DNA of 64,000 nucleotides from Blastocladiella emersonii ATCC 22665 (lineage: Eukaryota; Fungi; Blastocladiomycota), in NCBI GenBank assembly GCA_025594325.1, contig JANHCV010000012.1:682001-746000 (forward strand). The letters are read 5' to 3'. Positions within the stretch are counted from its first letter, which is position 1. Every line of letters starts with the position of its first letter. A program made the translations under genes and the position numbers. The notes beneath the pieces are model-generated. The model had not been told where the DNA came from, searched no databases, and worked only from the letters and a program-made list of their open reading frames with translations. Positions 44,514 to 57,462 of this stretch are shown piece by piece.

Positions 44514-47228
44514 ATGCGTGCTATAGTTGACCTTTGCTTTTCCCACCGCTGTCTTGACCAGAATCCTCTCGTTCGAGCTGCAGCCGAGTGAGCGGGAGGA
44601 GCGCACGCAACCACGCCTGCAACTCCGAGCGGTAGGACGCGATTGAGACAGAGAGCCGGGCCGCGAGCCTTGCCATGGAGCGAATATGCGGAAGTAGAGG
44701 TATAAGCGTGGCCGCGCGAGCTCGAGCCGAGCGATGTGGCATGTACCGACGAGATTTTGACGCCGCTGTCAGCCGAGGGTGGCAGAAGGTGCGCGGTCCG
44801 AACGGGAAACGCAAGACAGAGCTGCTGCTGTTCAGGCCGCGAAGTAGCTGGGCGAACGCTGGGTCGCCATGGAAGGTTTCCCCACGCGAGCGACCAGCTC
44901 AGCGAGGCCGTCACGGTCATTGAGCGATAGCTGCTGCAGCAAATGCACCGAGAATGGGCAGCCGGTGCAGATCTCGTTGAAGAGCGGGGGCAGCACGCTG
45001 GCGCACAGCAGGCTCGGGTCAGATCGCGCGGTACACGGTCCGGGCAACCGACTCCTGGGAGCTCGCGGCGGTCGTTGATGAGCATAAATGGTGCAAGCAG
45101 CGGGTTGCAAGTATCGGCGCGCGTTCATTCGATTCATCCGCGGCGGTCCAGTCGAGGCGAGAGAGTGGACCGGTCGAGACCTGGGTCGAGCCAGCCCACA
45201 TCGCCATAGCACGTCAAGGACGGCAACTCGACACATTGCAGCGACTCGAGGACAGGCGGAGACTCGGAGAGGAGCGGAGCAAGGGTGTTCGCGGCCGGGC
45301 GGCGCCACGCGCGCGTCCTTCTCCTGAGAGGCGTCCGCGCCGCGCGCCTTGAACAGCCGCCGCCCTCGAGTTGCTACTGCAACGCCGATCCTCGAACGTG
45401 AGAACATGGAGCAATATGGATGGCAAGCTGCATCGAACACCGTGGCGGCGACGCGTGAGAGCGGGGATGGCGGCCGAGGGTCCATCGCAGAGGACGCACG
45501 CAAGCGCGATTGGAGCGTGACGCTGCCAGTCTCGAGCGTCGAGATGAACAGAAGCGAAGCAGAGCTGTGGATGTAAGCGTGTGCTGTATATGAGGCCATG
45601 GAGTACTCGCGGCGTCGGCGTCGGCGCGGCGCGGAGGCCGCGGACGCTGCCCCTCTCGCGGCTGGATCGCCATCGAGTGCTGGACCACCCTCGTTCCTTG
45701 AATCGACCGTACAGTGATCTCTGCGTTTTGAGGTCCGAATCCTCACAGAGCTCGACCCGATGAATGGACGACCAGCGAGCGCCGTGAGCCGGGACACGGC
45801 ACACGAGCGACGGGCACACCAAGCGCCACGACCGCCGCAGCGGTGCTGAGACACCCGTTGCAGGCAGTCCTGCGTTGCTAGCGGGTCCATTTGATCCTAG
45901 GCGCGTTACGCGGCAGTGTGGATGCGAGAGAGGCCGCAGGGGAGCGTGAGAAGGGACGGATCGCAGCGTCACGCTGGACGTCACGGCGTGGCGCAGGAGA
46001 GAGTGTGGCGCAACGCGTTCGCCGCGGCGCAGCACTCGCGCTCCGCCGCACCGCGGGAGTGTGTGATCGAGCTAGTCGACGAGCGAAGCGACTTGGTGAA
46101 ACTCCTTGACCTGATTCTTGCGGAGACGCGGAGCGAAAACCGCGCCAACGTGATCCCACCTGAGAAATGTCTCGCAGCTGAGACGCGTCGCGCGCGCCAC
46201 TCGCTACGGCCGGCCGGTCGGCCTACAACGCGTCGCGTCGATAATTATCTCTCACCTCACTGACTCCATGATACCGTGCAACGTTATTTGCGACTCGACT
46301 TCGTCCTTCTGCGCGGCCCAGCAGTGAGCGCTCGCCGCATCCACATCGACACAATGAATACGTGCCGTTCCGCATCCGCCTGTGGCCGAGTCCACGCCGC
46401 TGCTCGCGCGTGCAAGTTCTCCGCATCGGCAACTGCTCTACAGCGCGAGACATGCGGCAAGTGTCGCGCAACCATTGAGACGCGGTACGACGCCGTATCC
46501 GCGCGAGGCACGGCGCCAGCCCCACTTGGTACGCTCACGGGGGATGCTTCCGGTCGCATCTCGAGCTAACCCGTGTCTCCACTCGTGTATTGACGGCCGT
46601 GACTGCGGCTCCGACGGCGCGTCGTGACTGTGGCCCCGCCCAGCTCGCTCGCGGGCGGTACGCTAAGCACGCGTCGCACAACGATCACTGACGCACGTCT
46701 TTTGAGTAGAGGCTGCCGCTCGGCAACACGTACCGTGGGCTTGCGTGTTCTGACGAGCACGACCGATCCGCGCGCGTGCGGCCCGCTGGCGAGCTCGCTC
46801 GTGTTCACCTTCCTCACGCACCGCCGCAAGGGCTACTGGTACGCGTGTTCGGGTCCGAGAACTTGACGCTGCAGAACGCGCACTTTCATCAAGTGCGACG
46901 GCTCGCCGGTCAGCGGTGCTTCCAAGCGCATGCAGCTCATGTACCTGGTCGGTCAAGCACCGTTCCCACCCGCTCGCTCGCCATGCAGTACCCAACGCGG
47001 CACATGTTCCCGGAAACCTCGCGCTTTCACTGGGCTCACACTCTCTGCGGTCAGCTCGTGTAGAGAACTCAGCGTGTGGCTGCGCCCTTCGTCTCTCTCC
47101 ATCGCTCCATGATCAGTCGGTACGTATTCGGCTGCTCGCACGCGGACTTCTGCGCACGTCGCATGTTGTCAACGCTAACCTGCGCGCCCGCCCACGTATG
47201 CCGACCAGTTACCAAGACGCTGCCTTGA

Positions 47229-50200
47229 CATCTCGCTCATCGCATCTTCGATCATGCTCGGCGGCGCCTTTGCCACATCCGGTACGCCAAGAACACGCTT
47301 TCGTGGCGACTGCTGACGCGACGCGAATCGAATCGTTCCAGAAATGCAACCGCGCTCCTCAAGTCAGCCGGTACGTGGCCATGGCCCAAGTCGCACTCCC
47401 CGGATACGCGTCGCCCGTCGGAGACCCGTACGCCGAGACGCAGGTCAAGCTCGACGTGGAGAGCGCTCCAGAAGTGCGACAACAGCGGCCCGGTGACGGT
47501 ACGCGCGTGTTTACAAGATCTGCCTAGCACGCTCGTAGCAGACTGATCTGGTCCGGCGGCTTTCGTGTAACAGCGACGACTTCAAGCTCGCACTTGGGCG
47601 TACTGGCCGCGGCGGCAGCGGCGGGCTCTTCCGCCACCATCAACTGCTCCTCGTGTTGCTCGCCCAGTTCTCGCAGCAAGGCCGCTTCCTCTCGACCCTT
47701 GCCTCAAGCAGAGCGACGATACGAGTTTTAATGGTCTCGTAGTGGTCGCCATGCCCTCATTGCTCACTCACAACGACCAACCGTGTAGTAACCGTTGCAC
47801 GGCTGCCTGCAGCGGGGGCCGCGCGCGCAAGTTCGAGGGACCGAGTCGCTCAATACTACGGCAGCACGCTACAACAACACCTCAAGTCGGCCGCGCTCAA
47901 TGCTCACGTTCAACGTACGGTATGGCGCTCGACGCTCGACCGACCGCGCAGCGCGGCGCGCAAGTCCAAGACGGCGGGCGGCGTACATTGCCCTGCAGGG
48001 ATGGTACGTGTCGTCGCTTCGTCGTCGGTCGCCACGAAAAGTATCACCAATGACCACTCACATCTTGCTGTCGCTGCTGCATTTCTTGTCCATAGCCTCG
48101 CCGTGACTCTCGATTCCGGCGACTCGTACTCCTCGGCAACGCACGACGACCCAAGAACCAGTACGCGCGCGTTCAACGCCAGCATCAGCGGTAGCATTGG
48201 GCGTGGGCCGGCTCGCGCTCATCGAGAAGCTCGACACGCACACACTGGTTCGAGGACTCGCTCGCTGGTCGAGATCGAGCGCGCTGCCATGATGGCCATG
48301 GTCGTGGTCATGATGACTCGCTCAAGCCACGGGTCGTCCAGCAAGGAGCAGCACCAGCAGTCCAAGCTGGCCATCGTCGTCGTCCATCCCCGAGACCGCG
48401 CGCACCGAGTTCAAGTCGACCAAACGTCAACTTACGGTATGCGCAATGTGCTCGCTGCCACCCACAGAATCGCGACTGACGCTTCGCTCGGAGCTAGGGC
48501 AAGTACGACACCACACGACTTTTCGACCGACCAGCGCTACACTTGCCGCTGCCGCCGACCTCACGTACTCGTCGCCCCCGTCGAGGCTCAACTTTCCCCT
48601 CCTCGACTACTTCAAGCGGCAGGGCGCCTCGGCGTCGGTCGTTCTGGAACTGCAACGGCCGCCGCCATCTCGGTCGTCAGCAGCGGTCCTCAGCCCAGCT
48701 GACTCAACACGGTACTCTCAACAACTGCGACTCGGCTTCTGCGAGTCGACTTCATCGACTTCCGCGACAACACACCACGCGCGCGTCGACCTCCAAGCTC
48801 CGGCCAGCCACGATACAACGCGCCGCGACGTGGACGACCAGCTCAAGTCGGCGGCGAGCGTCACACAGCGGGGTCGCAGGTCAACGTCAACCTGGGACGT
48901 GTCGCGCTGGATCTCTCACTCGTGCGAACATGGCCGATCACTCACTCACGCACCGCTCGCTCGCCCTGCGCTCTGCGCTAGAAGCCCATTGTGTGAGCCT
49001 TGACCAAGTACTTGCGCGTCTCTCTCTTGCAAGCGCTTCCGCTGCCGTCATGTCCATGGCCATTGCGTGTGCGCGCATCATCGTGATTCCGCCTCGCGCT
49101 AGCGCGTCAAGTCGATCCAGGTCAGCATCATCGCGCACCGCCGACGTTGCCGTGTGCGCGTCCGCCGCCGCTGCACCAGTGGACAGTGCTACCGCTACTA
49201 CTGCGGAGGCACGCTCCGGATCCTTTGCCACCGCGTCGTTGCCGGAAACTGACGCGTCGTTCGAATGTAGAGGACTGAAATCTCCCGAACGGAACACGGC
49301 CAGACGAGGTCCGTCGGAGCGTGACAACAGCAGCGACGACTACTCCAACGACTACTACGGCACGCACCCGAGCGAGCATCCCGCCTGCGAGCTCAAGAGC
49401 TACTGTTCGCGGCCTTCGACAACCTCGGGTTCGCTTCGCGCAGCGGCGACGGCCAAGAACTGCACGATCGAGATCAGCGTGAACGATGACGGGCTGCACG
49501 GCGAGTTCACGATCCATGAGCCGACGACCCAAGGCACCGACGAGTCGACCGACACTCAGCAACAGCACTCGAGCAGCAGACCTGGAACGTGGCGCCCTCT
49601 TCTTCCGATCGCGTCCGTCCGCCGAGTCCGTGATCGCTGACATCTGTTCTCCGCGACCAGTAGTTGATGGAAGTCGCGCTACTTCTCCTCCTCGCTCGCA
49701 TCGACCCGACTCGTGTTTACGCGCGCGCTGTACCGCTTAACAACGAGCTACCGCGTCGTTGATCTCTCGCTCGCGGCCAGCTGCTCGCCTCGTACTCGTA
49801 CACGGACGGCCTCGGCTGCATCTCCACCACCGCTCCGAGTCATGTACGCGCCGACCGAGACGAGCGAGGTCAAGCTCAAGGAGAACCGCGGCCGCGGGCG
49901 GACCACACCGCAACTCGATGATATCGGTACGCGTGGCCGAGACGAGACGGGACCATCCGCACGGCGGCTCATACTGACCGAGCCGCGCGACTGCATCCAC
50001 CGTGTAGCCGACTCGACCGGCTTCGAGTCCTTCTTCCTCCGCGCGCCCGTACTCGCCTCCATCTTCGACTCTGCCGCCGCGACCAGCGGTGCTGCGCGAC
50101 AATCACGGCTCGATTCCGTGATGGTACGCTCCATCTATTCCGCGTGTAGTGGTAGCTGCGAATACGGCGGACTGACGCGCGCGAACTTGGTTCCTCCGAG

Positions 50201-51462
50201 TAGGCGCTGCACGCTCAACAAGGTTTGTCGATCGATCGTATCGCCACCGTCGCTCCTCCTCTCTTCCTCAAGCGTGTCCGGATCATCTTCCTCGTGGTCG
50301 CCCATCTGCTGCTTCGGCAACCTCGACGCCCTCGCCACGCATTCGCGTTCGCCATCGTCCAGCCCAGCAGCACGTGTCCGTGGCCTCGCGCCGTGGCCAT
50401 GGCCGCGGAGGGCATCGACTATGGCTCATGACCCGCGCGCGACATGATTGGGCTCGGAGCGCGCGACACGAACCAACGACTCTCATCCTCGAGCTACGCA
50501 CCCGCACGCTCGAGTCCAAGTCGTTGTCGTGGTCGTGTCGGCGGCGGCGCAGCAGGTCGTCGTCCATCATGGAACGTGTTTTCCTGGGCCGCCGCAACTC
50601 CCGCTCATTAGCTGATGATCGATCACTCACGCCTCGCTCGCCCGCTGCGCTGCACTAGTAGAGCTGACTCCTGGTCCATCGTGCTTCGAGTCGAAACGGC
50701 GGCAATCCGGCGACGACGACCGCCCGCTTCGCGAGCAGCATCAACGACGCCGGTGGTCAACAAGGCTGCGATGCGCGCGTCAAGCTCTTCTTCCTCCACA
50801 CGTCGGCCTGCCTCCGCTACTCGATAGCAAGCTTGCCGCGCAGCACGGCGACCAAGGCTCAGGTGGCGAGCGATACTTTGGTGGGAGGGTACGCGACAAG
50901 CCGCTCCCTCGCTCGATGACTTGCCACGGATGCTGACAGCTCGCCCGAGTCTAGTGAGATTCGACGACATGAGGCCGCGGCACGCGACGACCGGCCGACG
51001 CGCGCTTCGTTCTGCGGCCGCGAGCGACGTTGGCGGCTACGTCTTCTTCTTCCGCTCCGAGCTGGGCTCGGCGGCGCGTCGCGGTTCGGCGGGTCAAGGT
51101 CAAGGGGTCTCGCTCTTCTCCTGGGCGACCTCGACTTTGCTGCGGCCAAGAACTCGATTGTGGCGGTGGTGCGGAACGGGCGCTTCCACGGCGCGCCGCC
51201 CGCGACGATCAACCTCCTGTTCATGCTCTTCGAGTTTCACGAACCCGCAACATCAGCAGCGCTAACTCGTGACGCGCGTATCGAGTACCCGGTCTGCAGG
51301 CGAAGCGAGCGACTGGGATCCACGCGGTACGTCGATGACCATTGATCGCCGCCCACTCGCCCACGAGATGACTGACTTCAATGCGCGCCCAAACGTAGTC
51401 CCGAGTCAGCAACAGTAGCAACTGCGGCGTTGACGGAACGCGACTCGACCATCCGCGCGACT
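47229..51462 (+). repeat. Degenerate 4.2-kb tandem duplication, unit 1
   Basis: Colinear with 51463-54600 at offset about 4234 (e.g. CATCTCGCTC..GATCATG, GCAGGTCAAGCTCGA, CAGTTCTCGCAGCAAGGCCGCTTCCTCTCGAC). Confidence 0.85.
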
Positions 51463-54400
51463 CATCTCGCTCCTCGCGTCCTCGATCATGTTCGGCGGCA
51501 CTTTTGCTACATCTGGTACGAAAAGGGCACGCTTCGTGGCATCTGCTGACGCGACGCGACGCGCGCATCGTTCCAGGCAGGCATCCACGCTCCTCCTCCT
51601 CAACGTCAGGCGCTGTCATCGAAACGCGTCGCCGTCGTTGATCGATGCGTCAAGATGCAGGTCAAGCTCGAACCGGATCGCGTCGATCCCGATGCGGCAG
51701 CAACGACTCGGTGACGGTACGCGCGTTTTCACGGCAGCCATCGCTCGGCTTGTCACTGACCTGGGTCGGCGGCTTCCGCGTAGCAGCGACGACTTCAAGC
51801 TCGCATTCGGGCGTGCTGGCTGCGGCGATGACGGGCTGTCGCGCGGCCATGTGCCTTTCCTCGTGTTTCTCGCCCAGTTCTCGCAGCAAGGCCGCTTCCT
51901 CTCGACGTTTGCCTCTCAAGCAGAGCGACGGTACGAGTTTTCATAGTCTCGTAGTGACCGCCACGCACTCGTCGCTTACCCACGTCCGATCCTGTAGCAA
52001 CCGTTGCGCGGCTGCCCGCGGCGGGGGTTGTGCGCGCAAGTTCGAGGGACCGAGTCGCTCGACTACTACGGCAGCACGCTACAACGACGCCTCAAGTCGG
52101 CCGCGCTCGACGCTCACGTTCAACATACGGCATGACGCTCGACGCTCGACGCTCTACCGACCGTGCGGCGGTGCGGCGCGAGTCCAAGTTGGCGGGCGGG
52201 CGGCGTACATCGCCCTGCATGGATGGTACGCGTGTCGATTCGCGTCGGTCGCCACGTAAGTATGAACGATGATCACTCACCTCATTCTGTTGCTGTATTT
52301 CTCCAGATCCTCGCCGTGTTCCGCGATCGAGGCGCTGGCGCTCCTCGGCGACAACACACCACGACCGGGAACCAGCACGTGCGCGTTCAAGGGCAGCGGC
52401 AGCATTGGGCGTGGCGTGGGCCAGCTCTCGCTCATCTTCAAGAATCTCGCGCTCACCGAGAAGCTCGACGCAAACCCGCTCGAGAGCTCACTCGCTGTTC
52501 GAGATCGAGCGCGCGGCCATGGCCATGGCCATGGTCGTGGTCATGAAGACTCGCTTGGGCCGCGGGTCGTCCAGCAAGGAGCAGCAGTCCAAGATGGCCA
52601 TCGTCGTCGTCCATCCCCGAGACCACGCGCACCGAGTTCAAGCCGAGTCGAGGGGTAGCGTATGGTACGCGCAAAGCGCTTGCTGCCACCCACAGAATCG
52701 TGACTGACGCGTCGCTCATGGCTAGGGCGAGTACGACGCTACGACTTCTCGACCGACCGATACTACGCGCGGCGCCGGGTCGAGCTGGGTCGAGCCGGGC
52801 TGAGCCTCACGTACTCGTCGCCGTCGTCGAAGCTCAACTTCCCCCTCTGCGACTACTTCAAGCGGCAGGGCGCCCCGACGTCGGTCGTTCCAGAAATGCA
52901 ACGGCCGCCGCCGCAACCATGTCGATCCTCGACCACGGTCCATGGGCAAACTCATACTCAACACGGTGCTATCAACAACTGCGACTCGGCTTCTGCGAGT
53001 CGACTTCATCGACTTCATCGACTTTCGCGACAGAAACACACGCGCGTCGACCACCAAGCTCCGGCCAGCCACAACACGACGCGCCGCGACGCGAATGACC
53101 AGCTCAAGTCGGCGGCGAGCGTCACGCGGCGGGGTCGCTGGTCAACGTCGACCTGGGACGTGTCGCGCTGGATCTCTCACTCGTGCGAACATGACCGATC
53201 ACTCACACACTGCTCGCTCGCCCTGCGCTTTGCGCTAGAAGTTCATCGTGTGGGCCTCGACCAAGTACTCGCGCGCGACAGCCTGACCGACCACTCTCTC
53301 GCGTCGAATGCTTCCGGTGCCGCCGCCATGTCCATGGCCCATTGCGTGCGTCCGCGTCATCGTGATCCTGCCTCGCGCCAGCGCTCCAGGTTGATCCAGG
53401 TCAACGTCATCCGCGCCCCACCAGCATTGCCATGTTCACGTCCGCTGCCGCCGCTGCGCCAGTGGGCGGTGGTACTACCACTCCGAAGGTACGCTATGGA
53501 TCTCCTGTCGCCGCGTCGTCACGGGAAACTGACGCGTCGCTCGAGCCTAGAGGGCTGGAATCTCCCGAACGGAGCACGGCCGGGGCTCCGTCGGCGCGCA
53601 ACGATGACAGCTACGACTACTCCAACACCTGCGGCATGCACTCGGGCACGCATCTCGGGTACGAGATCAAGATCCGCAACTCGTCGCCGTCAGCAAGCTC
53701 GGCTTCGTGCAGCAGCGGCGGTGGCCCAGAACTGGACGATCAAGGACGAATGAGAACGGAACTAACTGCGAGCTCATTACGATCCATCAGACGACGATAT
53801 ACGGCATCAACGAGTCCACCAACACTCAGCAGCACTCGAGCGGCAGGCCTGGAACGTGTCCCTTTCTTCTTTCCCTCCATCAACACCCGTGCGCAAGTCC
53901 GTCATCTCTGACATGTGTTTCCCGCGACTGGTAGATGGAAGCTGTGCTACTTCTTCGCGCTCGCATTGATCCGGCTCGTGGTTGCGCGCTGTGCCACGTC
54001 ACGACAATCTACCGCGTCGTCGCTCGCTCGCGGCCAGCTGCTCGCCTCGTACCTCCTGCTCGGTCGCGGCGACCCCACCCACTCATCGGCTGATGGTCAC
54101 TCACGCCTTGCTCGCTCGCTGTGCTGAACTAGTAGAGCTGGCGCCCGGTCCACCGTGCTTTGGGCCGAAAGGGTGGTCAGCAGTCCGACGATGATCATCC
54201 GTTTCTCGAGCATTGTATTGACGCCGTGATCAATAAGAATGGCGACGCGCGCGTCAAGCTCCTCTCCCTCCACGTCGATCTGCTTCCACTTCACTTCTCG
54301 CCAGCAAGCTAGCTTGCCGCGCAGGACGGCGACCAAGGTCCGGGTGACGGGCGATAATTTGGTGGGTGGGTACGCGACAAGCCGTTCACTCGCTCGATTA

Positions 54401-54780
54401 CTTGCCACGGATACTGACGGTTCGCCCGGGTCTAGTGAGATTCGACGAAACGAGGCCGTGGCGCGCGACGATCGGCCGGCGCGCTTCTTTCTGCTGCCGC
54501 GAGCAAGGCGAGCTGCTTTGACTGCAAATCACTCCACTCCAAGATGGGCTCAGCGGCGCGTCGCGTCGCGGCTCGGCGAGGCAAGGTCAAGGCTCTCGCT
54601 CTGGCGTGGGCCAGCTCTCGCACATTACAGAGCTCGACACTCGCGCAGGGACTCGCTCGCTGATCGGAATTCAGCGCTGGGCCACGGCCATGGCCATGGT
54701 GACTCGGGCCGCGGGTCGTCCAGCAAAAAGCAGCAGCAGCAGTCCAAGCGGACTATCGTCGTCCATCGCCGAGACCACTC
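51463..54780 (+). repeat. Degenerate tandem duplication, unit 2 (internal deletion) plus a third partial piece at about 54600-54780
   Basis: Lacks the counterpart of about 49800-50620. 54600-54780 matches 48200-48400 and 52410-52620. Confidence 0.8.
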
Positions 54781-55492
54781 CACACTTCCGATTTGGCCCT
54801 TGACTATGGATTACCGCGACTCGGCACACCACCGAGAGTTCACCTGCTACTTTCTATGGCTTCCAAAGCGCTCGCTCAACGATCAAATCGAGTTCGCTTT
54901 CGCTAGTTTTATTGCTTCCTCTCGTATTTTTGCCCGGTAGTACTCGCAAGCTTGGTCGCCGAGTCCTTGCTTTTCCCGCTCAGTCGGAGTTGGAACGTTG
55001 CGCTGCTCATGTTCATGCTCTACGCGGCAACCCGCGCATCCCCAAGTTTTTCTCATCAGTGGTAGGCTCTGAGCCAAGACCCAACAACAAGCTTCCATAT
55101 TGATTATTCGGCATCACTTGTCATAAACTCAGCGGGCACAGGTGCTATGCCCGCGCTCTTCGTCAGCAGTTGAACAAGCTGACGCCGCGAGTAAAGCAAA
55201 ATGATAGGTAACCCGTCGTAAGACGCTAGATATCATTGATTTTTTTTTCTTCAACCATATTGTATTCTTCGCTGAATTAAACACTTGTGGTGCACGGAGC
55301 GTGCAACGCGTGACGCGCTGCGCCACAGCTGCGCCACAGCGTGACCACGGCGAGCTCTGAGTGGTCGCGGTCCGCACTGCTCATCTTCGCGTCTCGCATG
55401 TCTCGCAATGCGCCTACGGCTCCGTCAGTCGGTCCTGTGCCCCTTCATTTGCACTCGCGGAGTCCTCGCCGCATGCGTGTCACCTCCGATCG

Positions 55493-55499
55493 TATAAAT
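55493..55499 (+). promoter_or_regulatory. TATA box of the Q/A-rich gene
   Basis: TATAAAT, 85 nt upstream of ATG 55584. Confidence 0.55.
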
Positions 55500-55583
55500 C
55501 CGGGCCGTTCCCCGCTCTCCCCGCCGCTTGCACAACACGCTTGCATACTTTGCTCACGTATCCGACAACCCTACTATCAAAGA

Positions 55584-56819
55584 ATGGGTCGCACTCAGCT
55601 CCACTCTGCCCAGCGCCAGGCCGTGCACCAGCACCAGGCCCAGACCGCCAACACCAAGTCCGCCATCGCGAACAACAACAACGCGCCCGCTGCGAAGCAG
55701 CAGCAGCAGCAGCAGCAGGCTCGTGTCCAGTCGCCGCAGCTCAAGCAGGCTGCCCCCGCCGCCGCCGCTCAGCAGCAGAAGCAGGCCCCGCAGCAGGCCC
55801 GCGCGCAGTCGGCTCAGCCCAAGCAGCAGCAGGCCGCTGCGTCCGTTGCTCCTCAGCAGCAGCTTAAGGCCGCGGCTCCCGCGAAGCAGCAGCAGACTCG
55901 CGCTCAGTCGCCCCAGCTCAAGCAGCAGCAGGCCTCGATCGCCGCTGCTCCCCAGATGCCGCAGCAGCAGCAGCAGCTCCAGGCCCGCACCCAGACGGCG
56001 GCCGCCGCGCAGGTCTACCGCACCACGCCCATGTGCGAGCATCCCGATGACGCGTTCCTCTCGGGCGCGTGGATGTTTGACGAGGCCCGCGTCCCTCAGT
56101 GGATGGCGCCGCAGCTGCCCAAGGCCCAGCAGCAGCAGGCCCGCGCCGCTCAGCCCACCGCCGCCGCTCGCGCTCAGTCGCCTCAGCAGCAGCAGCATTA
56201 CCTCAAGCAGGCGGCCCCCGCTGCCGCCACGCCCGTGAAGCAGCAGGCGGCCGCTCGCGCGCAGCCTCAGCAGGTCCAGCTCCCGCGCAACGCCGCTGCT
56301 GTGATCCCCGTCGGCGCGGTCCGCGCCAAGAACGCGTCGGCCGACGACGCCTTCTTCTCGGGCTCGTGGCTCTTTGACTCGTCCGCCGCGCCGCAGTGGC
56401 TCCAGTCGCAGCTGCCCGCGCCCAAGGCCCAGCAGGCGCAGGCTCAGGCTCAGCCTCAGCCTCAGCAGCAGCAGCTCAAGCAGCAGGCCCCCGCTCCTCG
56501 CGCGCAGTCGGCCCAGATTAAGCAAGCTGCCGCCCCGACTCAGCAGCAGCAGGCGCGCGCTCAGTTGCCTCAGCTGAAGCAGGCAGCGCCCGCTCAGCAG
56601 GCTGCCGCCGCTCCCCGCGCGCAGTCGGCCCAGCTCAAGCAGGTCGCTCCTCAGCAGCAGCAGACCCGCGCTCAGTCGCCGCAGCTCAAGCAAGCGCAGC
56701 AGCTTCAGAAGCCCCAGCAGCAGCAGCTCCAAGTCCAGGCCCAGGCCCAGAAGCAGCAGAAACAGCAGCAGGACCAGCGCCGCCCGCAGTCGCCGACCCG
56801 CGGCAACAAGCGCGCCTAG
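55584..56819 (+). CDS. Gln/Ala-rich repetitive protein, 411 aa
   Basis: Strong CAG/GCC codon bias; about 9 RAQS(P/A)QxKQ repeats; two DDAFxSGxWxFD....PQW islands; upstream TATA. Confidence 0.8.
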   Translation: MGRTQLHSAQRQAVHQHQAQTANTKSAIANNNNAPAAKQQQQQQQARVQSPQLKQAAPAAAAQQQKQAPQQARAQSAQPKQQQAAASVAPQQQLKAAAPAKQQQTRAQSPQLKQQQASIAAAPQMPQQQQQLQARTQTAAAAQVYRTTPMCEHPDDAFLSGAWMFDEARVPQWMAPQLPKAQQQQARAAQPTAAARAQSPQQQQHYLKQAAPAAATPVKQQAAARAQPQQVQLPRNAAAVIPVGAVRAKNASADDAFFSGSWLFDSSAAPQWLQSQLPAPKAQQAQAQAQPQPQQQQLKQQAPAPRAQSAQIKQAAAPTQQQQARAQLPQLKQAAPAQQAAAAPRAQSAQLKQVAPQQQQTRAQSPQLKQAQQLQKPQQQQLQVQAQAQKQQKQQQDQRRPQSPTRGNKRA

Positions 56820-56991
56820 CGGCCTCGACCCATAACGATACCCTTGACGTGCATCGCGAGGAGCGAAATCGGCTCTCCATAATGATTGTCCGATCAATAA
56901 ATGCTTTCTCTAACCTTTCACGTATCGGAGAATCGGTGGACGCGTTGCGATATCATGTGGCGGCCAAGTGACGCGGCGGAGACAGTTTTCG

Positions 56992-57462
56992 TTCGCGCTC
57001 GACTACGCCATCGTCGCCGGGTGGCAAGCCATTGTGAATCCGCTCTTCTTGGGCCTCATTGACAGCGACCTACTTAAGCTCTTCCACCTCAACAACTCGT
57101 TCAAGGTGCTCGTCCCCGGCTCGCTCGTGGATGCCAGCGACAAGATCAAGACCCAGGCCGAGGTTATCTCCATGATCAACACGCCGACCAGGAAGAAGAT
57201 CACGGCCAAGGGCACGCTCGCGCGCGACGGCACCGTGCTCGTTGAGGTCACGTCGGCCTTTTCCGTCCGCGGCGGCTTTGACAACTACCTCCACACCTTT
57301 GACAACGTCGACGAGGAGCCCATCTCGCTCACGGTGCGCCGCCCGCAGGGCCTCGCCGTGCTCGGGTTCAAGGAATACATCTCGTCTGACGCCGCCAGCC
57401 GCGTCCACGTCGCTGTCGGGTTCACGCTCGTGTTCCGCATCAAGAACCACATCGAGTACCAG
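56992..57462 (+). pseudogene. FAS1: Isolated fragment of the fungal fatty acid synthase beta-subunit dehydratase region
   Basis: LDYAIVAGWQAIVNPLF..IDSDLLKLFHLNNSF...KKITAKGTLARDGTVLVEVTSAF..RG resembles Fas1 MDFAIVVGWRAIIKAIF..VDGDLLKLVHLSNGY...KIVDVVGTLSRNGKPVMEVTSSF..RG (recalled from memory). No flanking FAS domains. Confidence 0.8.

Noticed and set aside
46790-46960. LTHRRKGYWYAC...FIKCDGSPV as a ubiquitin-protease His-box relic
   Set aside because: Weak resemblance, the catalytic His position is not matched, and it is interrupted by a stop.
50623-50970. EELDARIAALLTTGVV as a retrotransposon RT N-terminal motif
   Set aside because: No YxDD, protease, integrase or LTRs nearby.
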